Positions 63,898 through 64,000 of a stretch of 64,000 nucleotides of DNA are shown piece by piece (positions within the stretch are counted from its first letter, which is position 1; the number at the start of each line of letters is the position of its first letter). The position numbers and the translations under genes are program-made. The stretch is from Ylistrum balloti (Eukaryota). The stretch is taken from NCBI RefSeq assembly GCF_031769215.1, contig NW_026781907.1, positions 1,178,001-1,242,000 of the forward strand, given 5' to 3'. The notes under the pieces are model-generated. The model did not search any database, had not been told where the DNA came from, and worked only from the letters and a program-made list of their open reading frames with translations.

Positions 63898-64000
63898 AAC
63901 TCTTTGTTTGATTTGTTTAAAGTGATATTGAGACCTGGAGCATTATTTGTTTTACCAGAATCCATAGCTACAGGCTTGTTATCAATGATGTTGAAACAAT

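Overview
AT-rich, intron-rich animal genomic DNA. A bivalve or other mollusc is inferred from the repeat families; this is not prokaryotic DNA. It is a scaffolded assembly with one 226-N gap at 43705-43930. Manual splicing gives five recognisable genes: a short SMAP-like ArfGAP (+, 5839-8421), a mitochondrial-type ClpP protease (-, 11959-17329, missed by the ORF track), the centriole protein SAS-6 (+, 18894-30541, 16 exons, 665 aa, head-to-head with ClpP), an intronless divergent profilin (-, 51785-52183) and an ANKRD66-like ankyrin protein (+, 58265-60397). There is also a probable unidentified micro-exon gene (-, about 33.5-34.8 kb). The rest is decayed mariner, LINE, Penelope-like, SINE and Helentron-associated elements plus about 15 tandem arrays. 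The most striking signal is that ClpP and SAS-6 each carry an intronic minisatellite whose unit is the 3' end of the preceding coding exon plus its own 5' splice site, giving about 36 and 7 extra donor copies. In SAS-6, four units have also gained a branch-point-like motif and an AG, forming complete mini-introns and potential micro-exons. All gene models come from reading the sequence by eye; no database search was run.
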